The notes beneath the pieces are model-generated. The model was given only the letters and a program-made list of their open reading frames with translations, was not told the origin of the DNA and ran no database searches. From assembly GCA_046719185.1 (NCBI GenBank), contig JBDNDK010000002.1, forward strand, positions 1 to 33,651: 33,651 nt of DNA, read 5' to 3'. Within the stretch, counting starts at the first letter, position 1, and every line of letters begins with the position of its first letter. The position numbers were made by a program, and so were the translations under genes. Shown piece by piece: positions 17,801-25,538 of this stretch. Origin of the DNA: Armatimonadota bacterium. Lineage in GTDB: Bacteria > Armatimonadota > UBA5829.

Positions 17801-18398
17801 CCAAATCTTCATCAATCATTGCTCTCATGTCATCAAATGTGAGTTCCTCAATTTTTTGAACCTCAGAGCTAGTTCTGAAGCCATCAAAGAAATGCAGGAA
17901 AGGAATTCTGCTCTCTAAAGTTGCTTGTTGAGAGATTAATGCAAAATCCATACATTCTTGCACACTTGAAGAGCAAAGCATTGCAAAACCTGTCTGTCTG
18001 CAAGCCATAACATCACTATGGTCTCCAAAAATAGACAAAGCCTGACATGCAAGAGCTCTTGCAGATACATGGAAAACGGTTGGTGTTAACTCACCTGCTA
18101 TTTTATACATATTAGGTATCATCAGCAGTAAGCCTTGAGAAGCTGTGAAAGTAGTAGTGAGTGCACCAGTTGCAAGTGCTCCGTGAACGGCTCCAGAAGC
18201 ACCTCCTTCACTTTGCATTTCTACAACTGTTGGTATTGTTCCCCAAATGTTTTTTTGTCCTTTTGCACTCTTTTCATCAGAGATTTCACCCATTGTAGAG
18301 CTGGGTGTGATAGGGTAAATTGCTATGACCTCATTTGTTGCATGGGCCACATGTGCTACAGCTGCATTTCCATCGTAGCCTTCCATTCTTCGTGCCAT
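14817..18398 (-). CDS. nifJ: pyruvate:ferredoxin (flavodoxin) oxidoreductase, single-polypeptide type
   Basis: 1193 aa. The internal ferredoxin domain has CIQCGFCSLYCP and CTGCGLCVQNCP, and the ThDP motif GGDGWAYDIGFGGLDHV is present. The SD AGAGGT lies 6 nt upstream. Confidence 0.97.
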   Translation of the reverse strand: MARRMEGYDGNAAVAHVAHATNEVIAIYPITPSSTMGEISDEKSAKGQKNIWGTIPTVVEMQSEGGASGAVHGALATGALTTTFTASQGLLLMIPNMYKIAGELTPTVFHVSARALACQALSIFGDHSDVMACRQTGFAMLCSSSVQECMDFALISQQATLESRIPFLHFFDGFRTSSEVQKIEELTFDDMRAMIDEDLVIAHKKRALSPDHPTISGTAQNPDVYFQGRETVNKFYEATPAIVQKTMDKFAKLIGRQYNLFDYVGAPDAEKVIVIMGSGCDTTHETVDYLNKQGEKVGLVKVRLYRPFSIKDFVKVLPASVKKIAVLDRTKEPGSLGEPLYLDVVAAIDEALRDGTAPFKSMPVVVGGRYGLGSKEFTPAMVKGVFDNLNSDAPMNHFAVGIEDDVTGKSIKYDKSFSTASSDVYRAMFFGLGADGTVGANKNSIKIIGDETDNYAQGYFVYDSKKAGSITVSHLRFGKNPIRSPYLIDKANFVACHNPTFLEKYDMLSKIEEGGTFLLTTPYSADEVWDTLPQEVQKQIIDKKVKFYVIDAINLAQNIGLGPRINIIMQTAFFKISEVIPVDQAIEAIRKAIKKTYGNKGEVIVEMNNKAVDAALDNIHEVKYPKKVTSSITMPPVVGDDAPEFVKTVTAEIIAGRGDDIPVSKMPADGRFPVGTTQYEKRNIAVEIPEWNEELCIQCGFCSLYCPHAAIRMKAYDESLLAGAPKTFKSTDGKAQIKGKKFTVQVAPEDCTGCGLCVQNCPAVEKDANKQPTGKKAINMVTQHPIRDRERENWNFFLSLPDEVPEGIKIDTVKGSQFLPALFEFSGACSGCGETPYVKLVSQLFGDRAIIANATGCSSIYGGNLPTTPYCTNKNGLGPAWSNSLFEDNAEFGFGFRLTIDKFNEYAIELLDKAVEIGCVSQSLADAIKNADQSSLEGIDAQRARVRELKESLKSECEVCKQLESVADYLVKKSVWIIGGDGWAYDIGFGGLDHVIASGRNVNLLVLDTEVYSNTGGQMSKSTPRAATAKFAAGGKPTGKKDLAMMAMSYGSVYVARVSLSNPAHLVKTMVEAEAYDGPSLILCYAHCIAHGINNTFGIEHQKNAVASGHWPLIRYNPDLAAKGENPLSLDSKPPTMDFADYAYAENRYKVLKKINPDAASKLMVLASEDTKKKFKFYEQLASLNINGNGNKE

Positions 18399-18424
18399 GT
18401 TCTAACCTCTATATATATATTTAT

Positions 18425-19021
18425 TTATAACTCTCGACGCCACTGAAGCGCCTTGATTAGTGTAGGCTGATCAGCATAGTCTATGTCTGAACCAACGGGC
18501 ATTCCGTATGCTATTCTTGACACTTTTAGACCCATAGGCTTAATCAGACCAGCGATATACATTGCTGTTGCATCCCCTTCAATAGTGGGATTTGTAGCAA
18601 GAATTACCTCTTGTATTTTACCTTCATTTATTCGTGCTAAAAGCTCTTTAATCTTCAGCATTTCAGGTGTAATTCCATCCATAGGGGATATCAGTCCACC
18701 TAATACATGATATTGACCTCTAAACTCATTTGTTTTTTCCATAGCCACAACATCTTTTGGTTCTGCTACCACACATATAATAGATTCATCTCTTCTTGGA
18801 TCTGTACATATTTCACATTTTTCTACATCTGTGTAGTTGAAGCAAATAGGGCATTGGGTGATATGGTGTTTTACATCTGCAATAGCATTAGCTAAATTTT
18901 TAGCCTCATCCTCAGAAATTCTGAGAATATAAAAAGCCAGTCTCTGAGCTGATTTAGGACCAATTCCCGGTAGTTTCTCAAATTCTGCCACTAAGCGGGC
19001 TAGCGGTTTTGCATATTGCAT
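18425..19021 (-). CDS. recR: recombination protein RecR
   Basis: It has the helix-hairpin-helix LPGIGPKSAQRLAF, the zinc finger CPICFNYTDVEKCEIC and a Toprim region VVAEPKDVVAMEKT. A start at MQYAKP (198 aa) fits normal RecR length better than the listed GTG at 19048. Confidence 0.92.
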   Translation of the reverse strand: MQYAKPLARLVAEFEKLPGIGPKSAQRLAFYILRISEDEAKNLANAIADVKHHITQCPICFNYTDVEKCEICTDPRRDESIICVVAEPKDVVAMEKTNEFRGQYHVLGGLISPMDGITPEMLKIKELLARINEGKIQEVILATNPTIEGDATAMYIAGLIKPMGLKVSRIAYGMPVGSDIDYADQPTLIKALQWRREL

Positions 19022-19054
19022 ATATTTAACACATTCCTGAGTACACACAAATAG

Positions 19055-19076
19055 TGGCGGAGACTATTCTCCGCCA
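19055..19076 (-). other. GC-rich 9-bp hairpin (TGGCGGAGA ctat TCTCCGCCA) between the membrane-protein gene and recR
   Basis: Read directly from the sequence, where its GC content stands out in an AT-rich spacer. Only a weak T tract follows on the minus strand, so a terminator role is uncertain. Confidence 0.35.
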
Positions 19077-19154
19077 TCATAATTTGCCGCATCATTGACG
19101 GTAAAATGTTGACTCTAAACATTATACCAAAAAAAACAATACTTTTGAAGTGAT

Positions 19155-19538
19155 TTATTTTTGTTTTTTGTCTATGTCTACCATACTAATACTTGCTAAT
19201 GCTTCAAGCATTTCATTATTATCAAATCCATTTGAAGAGTTTGGTTTAGGTATGGGGATAGAATCATTTGCCTTATCTGGCTCTTTTTCAGTCGCAGTAA
19301 ATTCTCCCAGAAATAATGCAATCATTCCACACAAAATACCAGTGCAGCCTGCCAAAAATGGTAAACTTTTGCCAACTCTCATAATATCACTAGTTAATAA
19401 TGCAAATCCCAGTGCTAATATTGCATAGCCAATTAATGATTGAGATTTTCTCTTCCAATACTTACCTGCCAGCAATAATGCTAAAAAAGCAGCAATACCT
19501 GCACTAACCGCATTTGCCATCCATTCCTCAGTTATCAT
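19155..19538 (-). CDS. hypothetical membrane protein (about 3 TM helices plus an acidic/polar tail)
   Basis: 127-aa ORF with a strong SD (AGGAGGT 7 nt upstream on the minus strand). Hydrophobic segments include AVSAGIAAFLALLLAG, IGYAILALGFALL and CTGILCGMIALFLG. Confidence 0.75.
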   Translation of the reverse strand: MITEEWMANAVSAGIAAFLALLLAGKYWKRKSQSLIGYAILALGFALLTSDIMRVGKSLPFLAGCTGILCGMIALFLGEFTATEKEPDKANDSIPIPKPNSSNGFDNNEMLEALASISMVDIDKKQK

Positions 19539-19653
19539 ATTTATAACCTCCTATTTTATAATTAAGAAATTCTTTTTAAATAAGATATATTATAAATACA
19601 TCTCTATTATAGCCACATTCCAAAAATATTCTTAGGTGTCTTTCTAAAATATC

Positions 19654-19682
19654 TTGACCTAAATAATCACGTTTGTTATAAT
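19654..19682 (+). promoter_or_regulatory. sigma70-type promoter for tRNA-Lys
   Basis: TTGACC (19654-19659), a 17-nt spacer and TATAAT (19677-19682). The tRNA starts about 18 nt downstream. Confidence 0.7.
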
Positions 19683-19699
19683 ATCCTTCGGTAGGCAGC

Positions 19700-19774
19700 G
19701 GGCTAGTAACTCAGGGGTAGAGTAACGCCCTTTTAAGGCGTGAGTCGTGGGTTCGAATCCCACCTAGCCTACCA
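19700..19774 (+). tRNA. tRNA-Lys (anticodon UUU), CCA encoded
   Basis: Hand-folded cloverleaf: acceptor GGGCTAG/CTAGCCT, D arm ACTC-AGGGGTA-GAGT, anticodon arm ACGCC-CTTTTAA-GGCGT, variable loop GAGTC, T arm GTGGG-TTCGAAT-CCCAC, discriminator A plus CCA. Confidence 0.93.
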
Positions 19775-19867
19775 TTTAATAAAAATCTCCCATATAATAT
19801 ATTAAACCTTCACTGAGTATATTCCTCTATTGAAATAATTTTCATTTGGTTTAAAATTTAATTTACT

Positions 19868-20494
19868 TTAGTCTGGTATATGGTATGAAAGCACTGCCAG
19901 TTCTTTTACAAAATCTACATTTCTTACTTTTATCTCATCTGGCAATTTAAGGGCAATAGGGGCAAAATTTAGTATAGTGGAAACTCCAGCTTTTACCAAA
20001 GTTTCAGCAACTTTCTGAGCAGAGTTTGCAGGGACACATATTATTCCTATCCTTGCTTGCAGTTTTTTATTTTCATCTATTAAAGAATCAATATTTTTTA
20101 CTGTCAGATCCCATAATGTTTGCCCAATTTTATTTGCTGAGCTGTCAAATACAGCAACTATTCTGAAACCTTCTGATTTTAATGCCGGATATCCAGCAAG
20201 TGCAGACCCAAGATTTCCAGCACCTACAAGCAATACTGGCTGTGTATTATGAAGTTTTAATATTTCATTAATCTTACAATATAATTCGTCTACATTATAT
20301 CCAATGCCTGGTCTGCCAAATTCTCCAAAATATGATAGGTCTTTTCTGAACTGAGCAGCATTAATACCTGTTTTTTCTTCAACATCAGTTGATGATATTG
20401 TATCAACAGACCTATTTTTTAGATCCTTTAAAATTGCATGATAGGTGGCAAGCCTTTCAAGTGTCGGCATTGGCACTTTAGATTGTTCAGGCAT
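19868..20494 (-). CDS. rex: redox-sensing transcriptional repressor Rex
   Basis: It has an N-terminal winged-helix region (PTLERLATYHAILKDL) and the Rossmann NADH site VLLVGAGNLGSALAGY. The SD GAGGGTG lies 8 nt before ATG 20494, so the listed 20539 start is probably too long. Confidence 0.9.
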   Translation of the reverse strand: MPEQSKVPMPTLERLATYHAILKDLKNRSVDTISSTDVEEKTGINAAQFRKDLSYFGEFGRPGIGYNVDELYCKINEILKLHNTQPVLLVGAGNLGSALAGYPALKSEGFRIVAVFDSSANKIGQTLWDLTVKNIDSLIDENKKLQARIGIICVPANSAQKVAETLVKAGVSTILNFAPIALKLPDEIKVRNVDFVKELAVLSYHIPD

Positions 20495-20730
20495 TAAACA
20501 GCACCCTCTGTGAAGAGTATTTTTATTGGTAATTAGCAAAGTATATCAAATCATCTTGCTTGCCTGCAAGAAAAAAGTTAAAATGAAAGGTACGTACTAT
20601 TATATATTATATAGTGGTTGATTTTAGAGGCTATTGTATGTTAAACTTTTAAGACTTAGCAATACTATATGGTATAAGAAATATTGTATGTAATACTTAT
20701 TGTTTATTAGATAGCTTTTCTGTTTTCAGG

Positions 20731-20797
20731 ATAGCAAAAAATAGACAAAGGAGTCGATATATCGGTCAGAAGAACTGACCTTGTTGCTATTGGGAGG
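20731..20797 (+). promoter_or_regulatory. structured rpsO 5' leader (candidate S15 autoregulatory element)
   Basis: A closing helix ATAGCAA (20731-20737) / TTGCTAT (20784-20790) encloses the hairpin GGTCAG-aagaa-CTGACC (20764-20780) and the palindrome CGATATATCG. The SD GGGAGG (20792-20797) directly abuts the helix. A candidate extended -10, TGgTATAAG, is at 20670-20678. Confidence 0.3.
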
Positions 20798-20805
20798 TAA
20801 ATAAT

Positions 20806-21075
20806 TTGGCTCTGCTTAAAGAAAATAAGTCTGAGATTATTGAAAACTTTAAAACACATGAAGGCGATACTGGTTCTCCAGAAGTTCAGATTGCATTGCT
20901 CACATCTAGAATTAATCAATTGACAGAGCATTTGAAACAACACAAAAAAGATCATCACTCTCGTCGTGGCCTTTTGATGCTTGTTGGTCAGAGAAGAAGA
21001 CTTCTGAATTATCTAAGCAATAACGACATTGAAAGATACAGAAGTATTGTCGCTAAACTTGGCCTAAGACGATAG
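20806..21075 (+). CDS. rpsO: 30S ribosomal protein S15
   Basis: 89 aa with [43 protein letters not shown] start, with GGGAGG 8 nt upstream. Confidence 0.97.
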   Translation: MALLKENKSEIIENFKTHEGDTGSPEVQIALLTSRINQLTEHLKQHKKDHHSRRGLLMLVGQRRRLLNYLSNNDIERYRSIVAKLGLRR

Positions 21076-21092
21076 GAGTAAATTAATACATA

Positions 21093-23312
21093 ATGCCGAT
21101 AAATAGATATGAAACAGAGCTTGCCGGAAAAAAAATCATCATCGAACAAGGGAAGATAGCAAATCAGGCAAATGGTGCTGTTTGGCTTACTTGTGGAGAT
21201 ACAATAGTAATGGCTACAGCTACTATGAGTGCTGAACCTAAAGAAGGAATAGATTTTTTTCCTTTAATGGTTGATTATGAAGAGAGAAAATATGCAGTTG
21301 GCAAAATACCTGGGGGATTTGTAAAAAGAGGTGGAAGACCATCAGAGAAAGCGATTCTCACTGCAAGGCTCATAGATAGACCTATAAGACCTCTCTTTTC
21401 AGAAGGCATGAGAAATGAAGTGCAGATAATTGCAATGCCTCTTTCTATGGAGCTTGAAGTGCCTGCTGATATACTATGCCTAAATGCAGCCTCTGCCGCA
21501 CTTGCTATTTCTGATATTCCTTGGAACGGTCCTATTGGTGCTGTTAGAGTTTGCAAGGTTGATGGTGAGCTTGTGATGATGCCGTCAATTGAGCAGATAC
21601 AAAATTCTGAATTTGAACTTGTTATTGCTGGTGTTGACGGCAAGATGCTTGAAATTGAGTTTGAGGGCAACGAAATCCCTGAAGATGAGCTTGAAGAAGC
21701 ACTTGAATTTGCACATAAAGGAATAGATGTTCTTGTTGAATTCCAAAGAAAAATGGTGGAACAGTTTGGTAAGCCTAAGGCTGCTGTTCCTATGATTGTT
21801 CCTGATGCCGATCTTATGGAAGAAATATCACAAAAAATTATTCCTGAGATTCAAAATGCCATTAGAAACCCTGTAAATGCGGGTAAGGAAAGTGCTATAT
21901 TTGAACTCAAAGAGAATCTTAAAATAAGGCTTTCTGAAGAGTATCCGGATAATGTAGATGAAATAGGGGATATTTTAGAAAAAGTAATCAAGAAACAAGT
22001 AAGAAAAATGATTCTTGATGAAAATGCAAGACCTGATGGGCGAGCTATTGATGAAATAAGACCTTTGAGTGCAGAAGTTGGATTGCTTCCAAGAGTACAT
22101 GGTTCTGGATTATTCTCAAGAGGGCAAACTCAGGTTTTAACTACAGTAACACTTGGTTCACTTGATGACAGCCAAACAGTAGATAATCTTGAAGAAGATT
22201 CTGAAAAGAGATTTATGCACTACTACAATTTCCCTCCATTTAGTGTAGGTGAAGCCAAGCCTTTAAGAGGTGCAGGAAGAAGAGAAATAGGTCATGGTGC
22301 ATTGGCTGAAAAAGCTTTAAGACCAATGATTCCGGACCAAAATGATTTCCCTTATGCGATGCTTCTTACTTCTGAGGTTTTAGAATCAAACGGTTCAACA
22401 TCAATGGCTAGCACTTGTGGATGCACTCTTGCCTTAATGGATGCAGGTGTTCCAATTAAACAGCCTGTTGCTGGTATATCTATAGGACTAGTTTCTGATG
22501 AGACTAGAAAAGTGCTGCTTACAGATATTATGGGTCTTGAGGATTTTACTGGTGATATGGACTTTAAGGTTGCCGGCACTGTTAATGGAATCACAGCGAT
22601 TCAAGTTGATACAAAAACTCAAGGATTAGATAAAGATGTTGTATCTGGAGCTTTAGCAAGGGCAAAAGAAGCAAGATTTAAAATACTTGATGTTATACAT
22701 TCTGCTATTCCTGCTGTAAATGAAAAACTTAGCCCGTACGCTCCTAGAGTGTATGTGGTTGTAATACATCCTGATAAAATTGGAGATATCATTGGTCCTG
22801 GTGGAAAAGTGATAAAGAAAATTGAAGCCGAGACAGGTGCTAAACTTGATATTGAGCAAGATGGACATGTATATATCACCTCTCCAGATGCTGCTGGTGG
22901 TGAGAAAGCTAAGAAAATAGTTGAAGATATCACAAGAGAAGTTGCTGTTGGTGAAGTTTATACAGGAAAAGTAACAAGAATTGAGTCTTTTGGTGCTTTT
23001 GTTGAGTTCCTTCCGGGAAGAGATGGCTTGGTTCACATATCTCAGCTTGCAAATGAGAGAGTAAACAGAACAGAAGATGTATGTTCTATTGGTGATGAGA
23101 TGCTTGTTAAGGTCATTGAAATTGGAGATGATGGCAAAATAAGGCTCACCAGAAAAGGTATTCTTGAGAATGGTGCAGATGTTATTTCTTCTCAATCAAG
23201 AGGTAGAAGTGGCGGAAACGATTTCCGTGACTCAGATAGAGGAAGAGTGTCTAGGGGCAATAAATCATCTGATGATGAATTCCCAAAAGCAAAATTTAGA
23301 CCAAAAAGATAA
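21093..23312 (+). CDS. pnp: polyribonucleotide nucleotidyltransferase (PNPase)
   Basis: It has two RNase PH domains, a KH domain (GPGGKVIKKIEAETG) and an S1 domain (GKVTRIESFGAFVEFLPGRDGLVHISQL). A basic Arg/Gly/Ser-rich C-terminal tail of about 45 aa follows. Confidence 0.97.
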   Translation: MPINRYETELAGKKIIIEQGKIANQANGAVWLTCGDTIVMATATMSAEPKEGIDFFPLMVDYEERKYAVGKIPGGFVKRGGRPSEKAILTARLIDRPIRPLFSEGMRNEVQIIAMPLSMELEVPADILCLNAASAALAISDIPWNGPIGAVRVCKVDGELVMMPSIEQIQNSEFELVIAGVDGKMLEIEFEGNEIPEDELEEALEFAHKGIDVLVEFQRKMVEQFGKPKAAVPMIVPDADLMEEISQKIIPEIQNAIRNPVNAGKESAIFELKENLKIRLSEEYPDNVDEIGDILEKVIKKQVRKMILDENARPDGRAIDEIRPLSAEVGLLPRVHGSGLFSRGQTQVLTTVTLGSLDDSQTVDNLEEDSEKRFMHYYNFPPFSVGEAKPLRGAGRREIGHGALAEKALRPMIPDQNDFPYAMLLTSEVLESNGSTSMASTCGCTLALMDAGVPIKQPVAGISIGLVSDETRKVLLTDIMGLEDFTGDMDFKVAGTVNGITAIQVDTKTQGLDKDVVSGALARAKEARFKILDVIHSAIPAVNEKLSPYAPRVYVVVIHPDKIGDIIGPGGKVIKKIEAETGAKLDIEQDGHVYITSPDAAGGEKAKKIVEDITREVAVGEVYTGKVTRIESFGAFVEFLPGRDGLVHISQLANERVNRTEDVCSIGDEMLVKVIEIGDDGKIRLTRKGILENGADVISSQSRGRSGGNDFRDSDRGRVSRGNKSSDDEFPKAKFRPKR

Positions 23313-23373
23313 TACATACTATAATATCTAAAAAGCAAAAGTAACTATGTAAGCTAATTGAATAGCAATGACT

Positions 23374-23427
23374 ACCACTGCAGATGGATGCTTCTTATAA
23401 AAAGAGTTGCACTGCAGTGGTTTTTAA
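23374..23427 (+). terminator. intrinsic terminator after pnp
   Basis: A 10-bp stem (ACCACTGCAG / CTGCAGTGGT) is followed by TTTTT. The 28-nt loop is long, which lowers confidence. Confidence 0.6.
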
Positions 23428-23443
23428 TATTATGAGGATATAA

Positions 23444-24682
23444 ATGACATCTGAGTCTTCAATAAGTAAGACAGTTCTAAACAATGGAATAAGAGTGCTC
23501 ACTGAAAAAGTGGGATATGTAGAATCTGTTTCTATAGGAATATGGGTAGTTGTTGGATCCAGAGATGAGGATGCAAAATCAAATGGTATAAGTCATTTTT
23601 GTGAGCATTTATTTTTTAAGGGAACAGAAAAAAGATCTGCTGCTCAGATAGCAGACGAAATGGATTGCATGGGAGCACACTTGAATGCTTTTACAGATAA
23701 AGAATTTACTTGTTTTTATGTGAAGGCACTTAGAGAATACATTCATCAAGCAATGGACATAATGTCTGATATGATACTAAATTCTGTTTTTGATAAAACA
23801 GAAATTGAGAGAGAAAAGAATGTTGTAATTGAGGAAATAAAAAGGCATGATGACACTCCAGAAGATCAGGTGCATGATATTGTTGCTCAAACCTTGTGGA
23901 AAGATCATCCATTAGGCAGAAGTGTTATTGGCACAACAGATGTAATAAGTAATATAAATAGAGAAACTATAGTAAACTATATAAATAGATATTACAGACC
24001 CAATTCTATTGTAATTGCAGCTGCTGGAAATCTTGAGCATCAGGAAATTGTTGATTTGGTTTCTAAGTATTTCAGCAATCTTTCAGGAAAAAGACCAGAA
24101 AGAGAGCCAATTAAAATACAGCTTAACCCGGAAAAAAAGATTATAAAAAAGTCCACAGAACAAGTTCATTTTTGTATGTCGGCAAATGGATGTTCTCAGC
24201 ATGATAAAAGAAAATACTCACTTGCTGCTATTGATGCAATATTGGGTGGCAGTATGAGCTCAAGGCTCTTTCAGGAAATAAGAGAAAAAAGAGGATTGGT
24301 TTATTCTATTGGTTCCTATGCATCATCATATAATGAAGCTGGTATGTTTGTTATATATGGTGGCACTGGTCCAAAGAGTTATCCAACCGTGATGGAGCTT
24401 ACTAGAGAAGAAATTTCAAAATTGGGTAAGTATGGTATATCTGATTCTGAGCTTTTAAGAGCAAAAAATCAGATTAGAGGTGCTTTGGTGATGGGACAGG
24501 AGAGTATGTCTAATAGAATGAGCCGACTTGCAAAAAGTGAGCTTTATTTTGATAGAATTATAAGACTTGATGATATACTTACTGAGATTGAAAATGTTTC
24601 AAGAGATGATGTTGCTTATTTGGCAAAAGATCTCACAAACTCAGATGGCTTTGCAGAAGTTGCAATAGGACCATTCAAATAA
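23444..24682 (+). CDS. M16 family (pitrilysin/insulinase-like) zinc peptidase
   Basis: The inverted zinc motif HFCEH (HxxEH) is present with a downstream Glu-rich EREKNVVIEEI. At 412 aa it occupies the same position after pnp as mlpA does in Bacillus. Confidence 0.88.
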   Translation: MTSESSISKTVLNNGIRVLTEKVGYVESVSIGIWVVVGSRDEDAKSNGISHFCEHLFFKGTEKRSAAQIADEMDCMGAHLNAFTDKEFTCFYVKALREYIHQAMDIMSDMILNSVFDKTEIEREKNVVIEEIKRHDDTPEDQVHDIVAQTLWKDHPLGRSVIGTTDVISNINRETIVNYINRYYRPNSIVIAAAGNLEHQEIVDLVSKYFSNLSGKRPEREPIKIQLNPEKKIIKKSTEQVHFCMSANGCSQHDKRKYSLAAIDAILGGSMSSRLFQEIREKRGLVYSIGSYASSYNEAGMFVIYGGTGPKSYPTVMELTREEISKLGKYGISDSELLRAKNQIRGALVMGQESMSNRMSRLAKSELYFDRIIRLDDILTEIENVSRDDVAYLAKDLTNSDGFAEVAIGPFK

Positions 24683-24732
24683 TTCACAATTTTATTTAAA
24701 TAATAGTTGATTGAATTGATTAGGAGTTAAGA

Positions 24733-25527
24733 ATGGCTAATAAAATCAAAGTAGCGGTGTTGGGTGCATGTGGAAAAATGGGTAGTGAAGTTGTGAAGAC
24801 TGTTGTTAATTCACCTGATACTGAGCTGGTTGGTGCTTGTGATGTTGTATTTATTGGAAATACAATTAAAGATGTATTAGGTATAGCAAATTGTGATGTT
24901 GTTATTAGTGATGATTATAATTATATAATTACTAATAACAAACCTGATGTTGTTGTTGATTTTGCAAAACCATTTGATATATCAAAATGTATTTTTGCAA
25001 TGGAGAATGGTGTAGTGCCTATTATTGGTACCACTGGACAGAGCAAGGAAGACACATCAAAGTTGGAAGAAGTTGCCAAGAAAAATAATATTGGTGCTAT
25101 GCTCATACCAAATTTTGCAATTGGTGCTGTTTTGATGATGAAGTTTGCTTATGAAGCTGCAAAGTATATGGGAAGTGTTGAGATTATAGAACTTCACCAT
25201 GACAAAAAGGCAGATGCTCCATCTGGAACTGCTATAAAAACTGCTTCAATGATAGAAGAGGCAAGAAAAGAATCTGGAATAGAATATGAACCAATAGGTA
25301 TGGAAGATAGGGCAAGAGGTGAGCTTCATTATGGAGTTCCAGTGCATAGTGTAAGATTAACGGGTCTTGTTGCCCATCAGGAAGTTGTTTTTGGTGGACA
25401 GGGTCAAAGTCTGTCAATTAGGCATGATAGCATTGATAGGACTAGCTTTATGCCAGGTGTTCTCATTACAATAAGAAAAGCAAAAGAAATTAAAGGTTTT
25501 GTATATGGCTTAGATAAACTTTTATAA
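24733..25527 (+). CDS. dapB: 4-hydroxy-tetrahydrodipicolinate reductase
   Basis: N-terminal Rossmann motif VAVLGACGKMG, catalytic stretch ELHHDKKADAPSGTA, and GTTG. Confidence 0.93.
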   Translation: MANKIKVAVLGACGKMGSEVVKTVVNSPDTELVGACDVVFIGNTIKDVLGIANCDVVISDDYNYIITNNKPDVVVDFAKPFDISKCIFAMENGVVPIIGTTGQSKEDTSKLEEVAKKNNIGAMLIPNFAIGAVLMMKFAYEAAKYMGSVEIIELHHDKKADAPSGTAIKTASMIEEARKESGIEYEPIGMEDRARGELHYGVPVHSVRLTGLVAHQEVVFGGQGQSLSIRHDSIDRTSFMPGVLITIRKAKEIKGFVYGLDKLL

Positions 25528-25538
25528 AGGAGATTAAA

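Noticed and set aside
18425-20539. Longer N-terminal extensions given by the ORF track for recR (19048) and rex (20539). The same applies to the DHOD-like gene (14741) and the Gfo/Idh/MocA gene (29996).
   Set aside because: In each case an internal ATG is preceded by a well-spaced GGAG/GAGG-type SD (weaker for recR). The alternative upstream start also overlaps the SD or adds residues not seen in the family.
20707-20958. 83-aa minus-strand ORF spanning the rpsO leader and the 5' end of rpsO.
   Set aside because: It overlaps the unmistakable S15 gene on the opposite strand, and its sequence is hydrophobic and low-complexity with no SD.
22653-23195. 180-aa minus-strand ORF inside pnp. Similar ORFs occur at 21275-21670, 22352-22594 and 22619-22933.
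   Set aside because: These are shadow ORFs antisense to PNPase, with no motifs or ribosome-binding sites. The PNPase frame is unambiguous.
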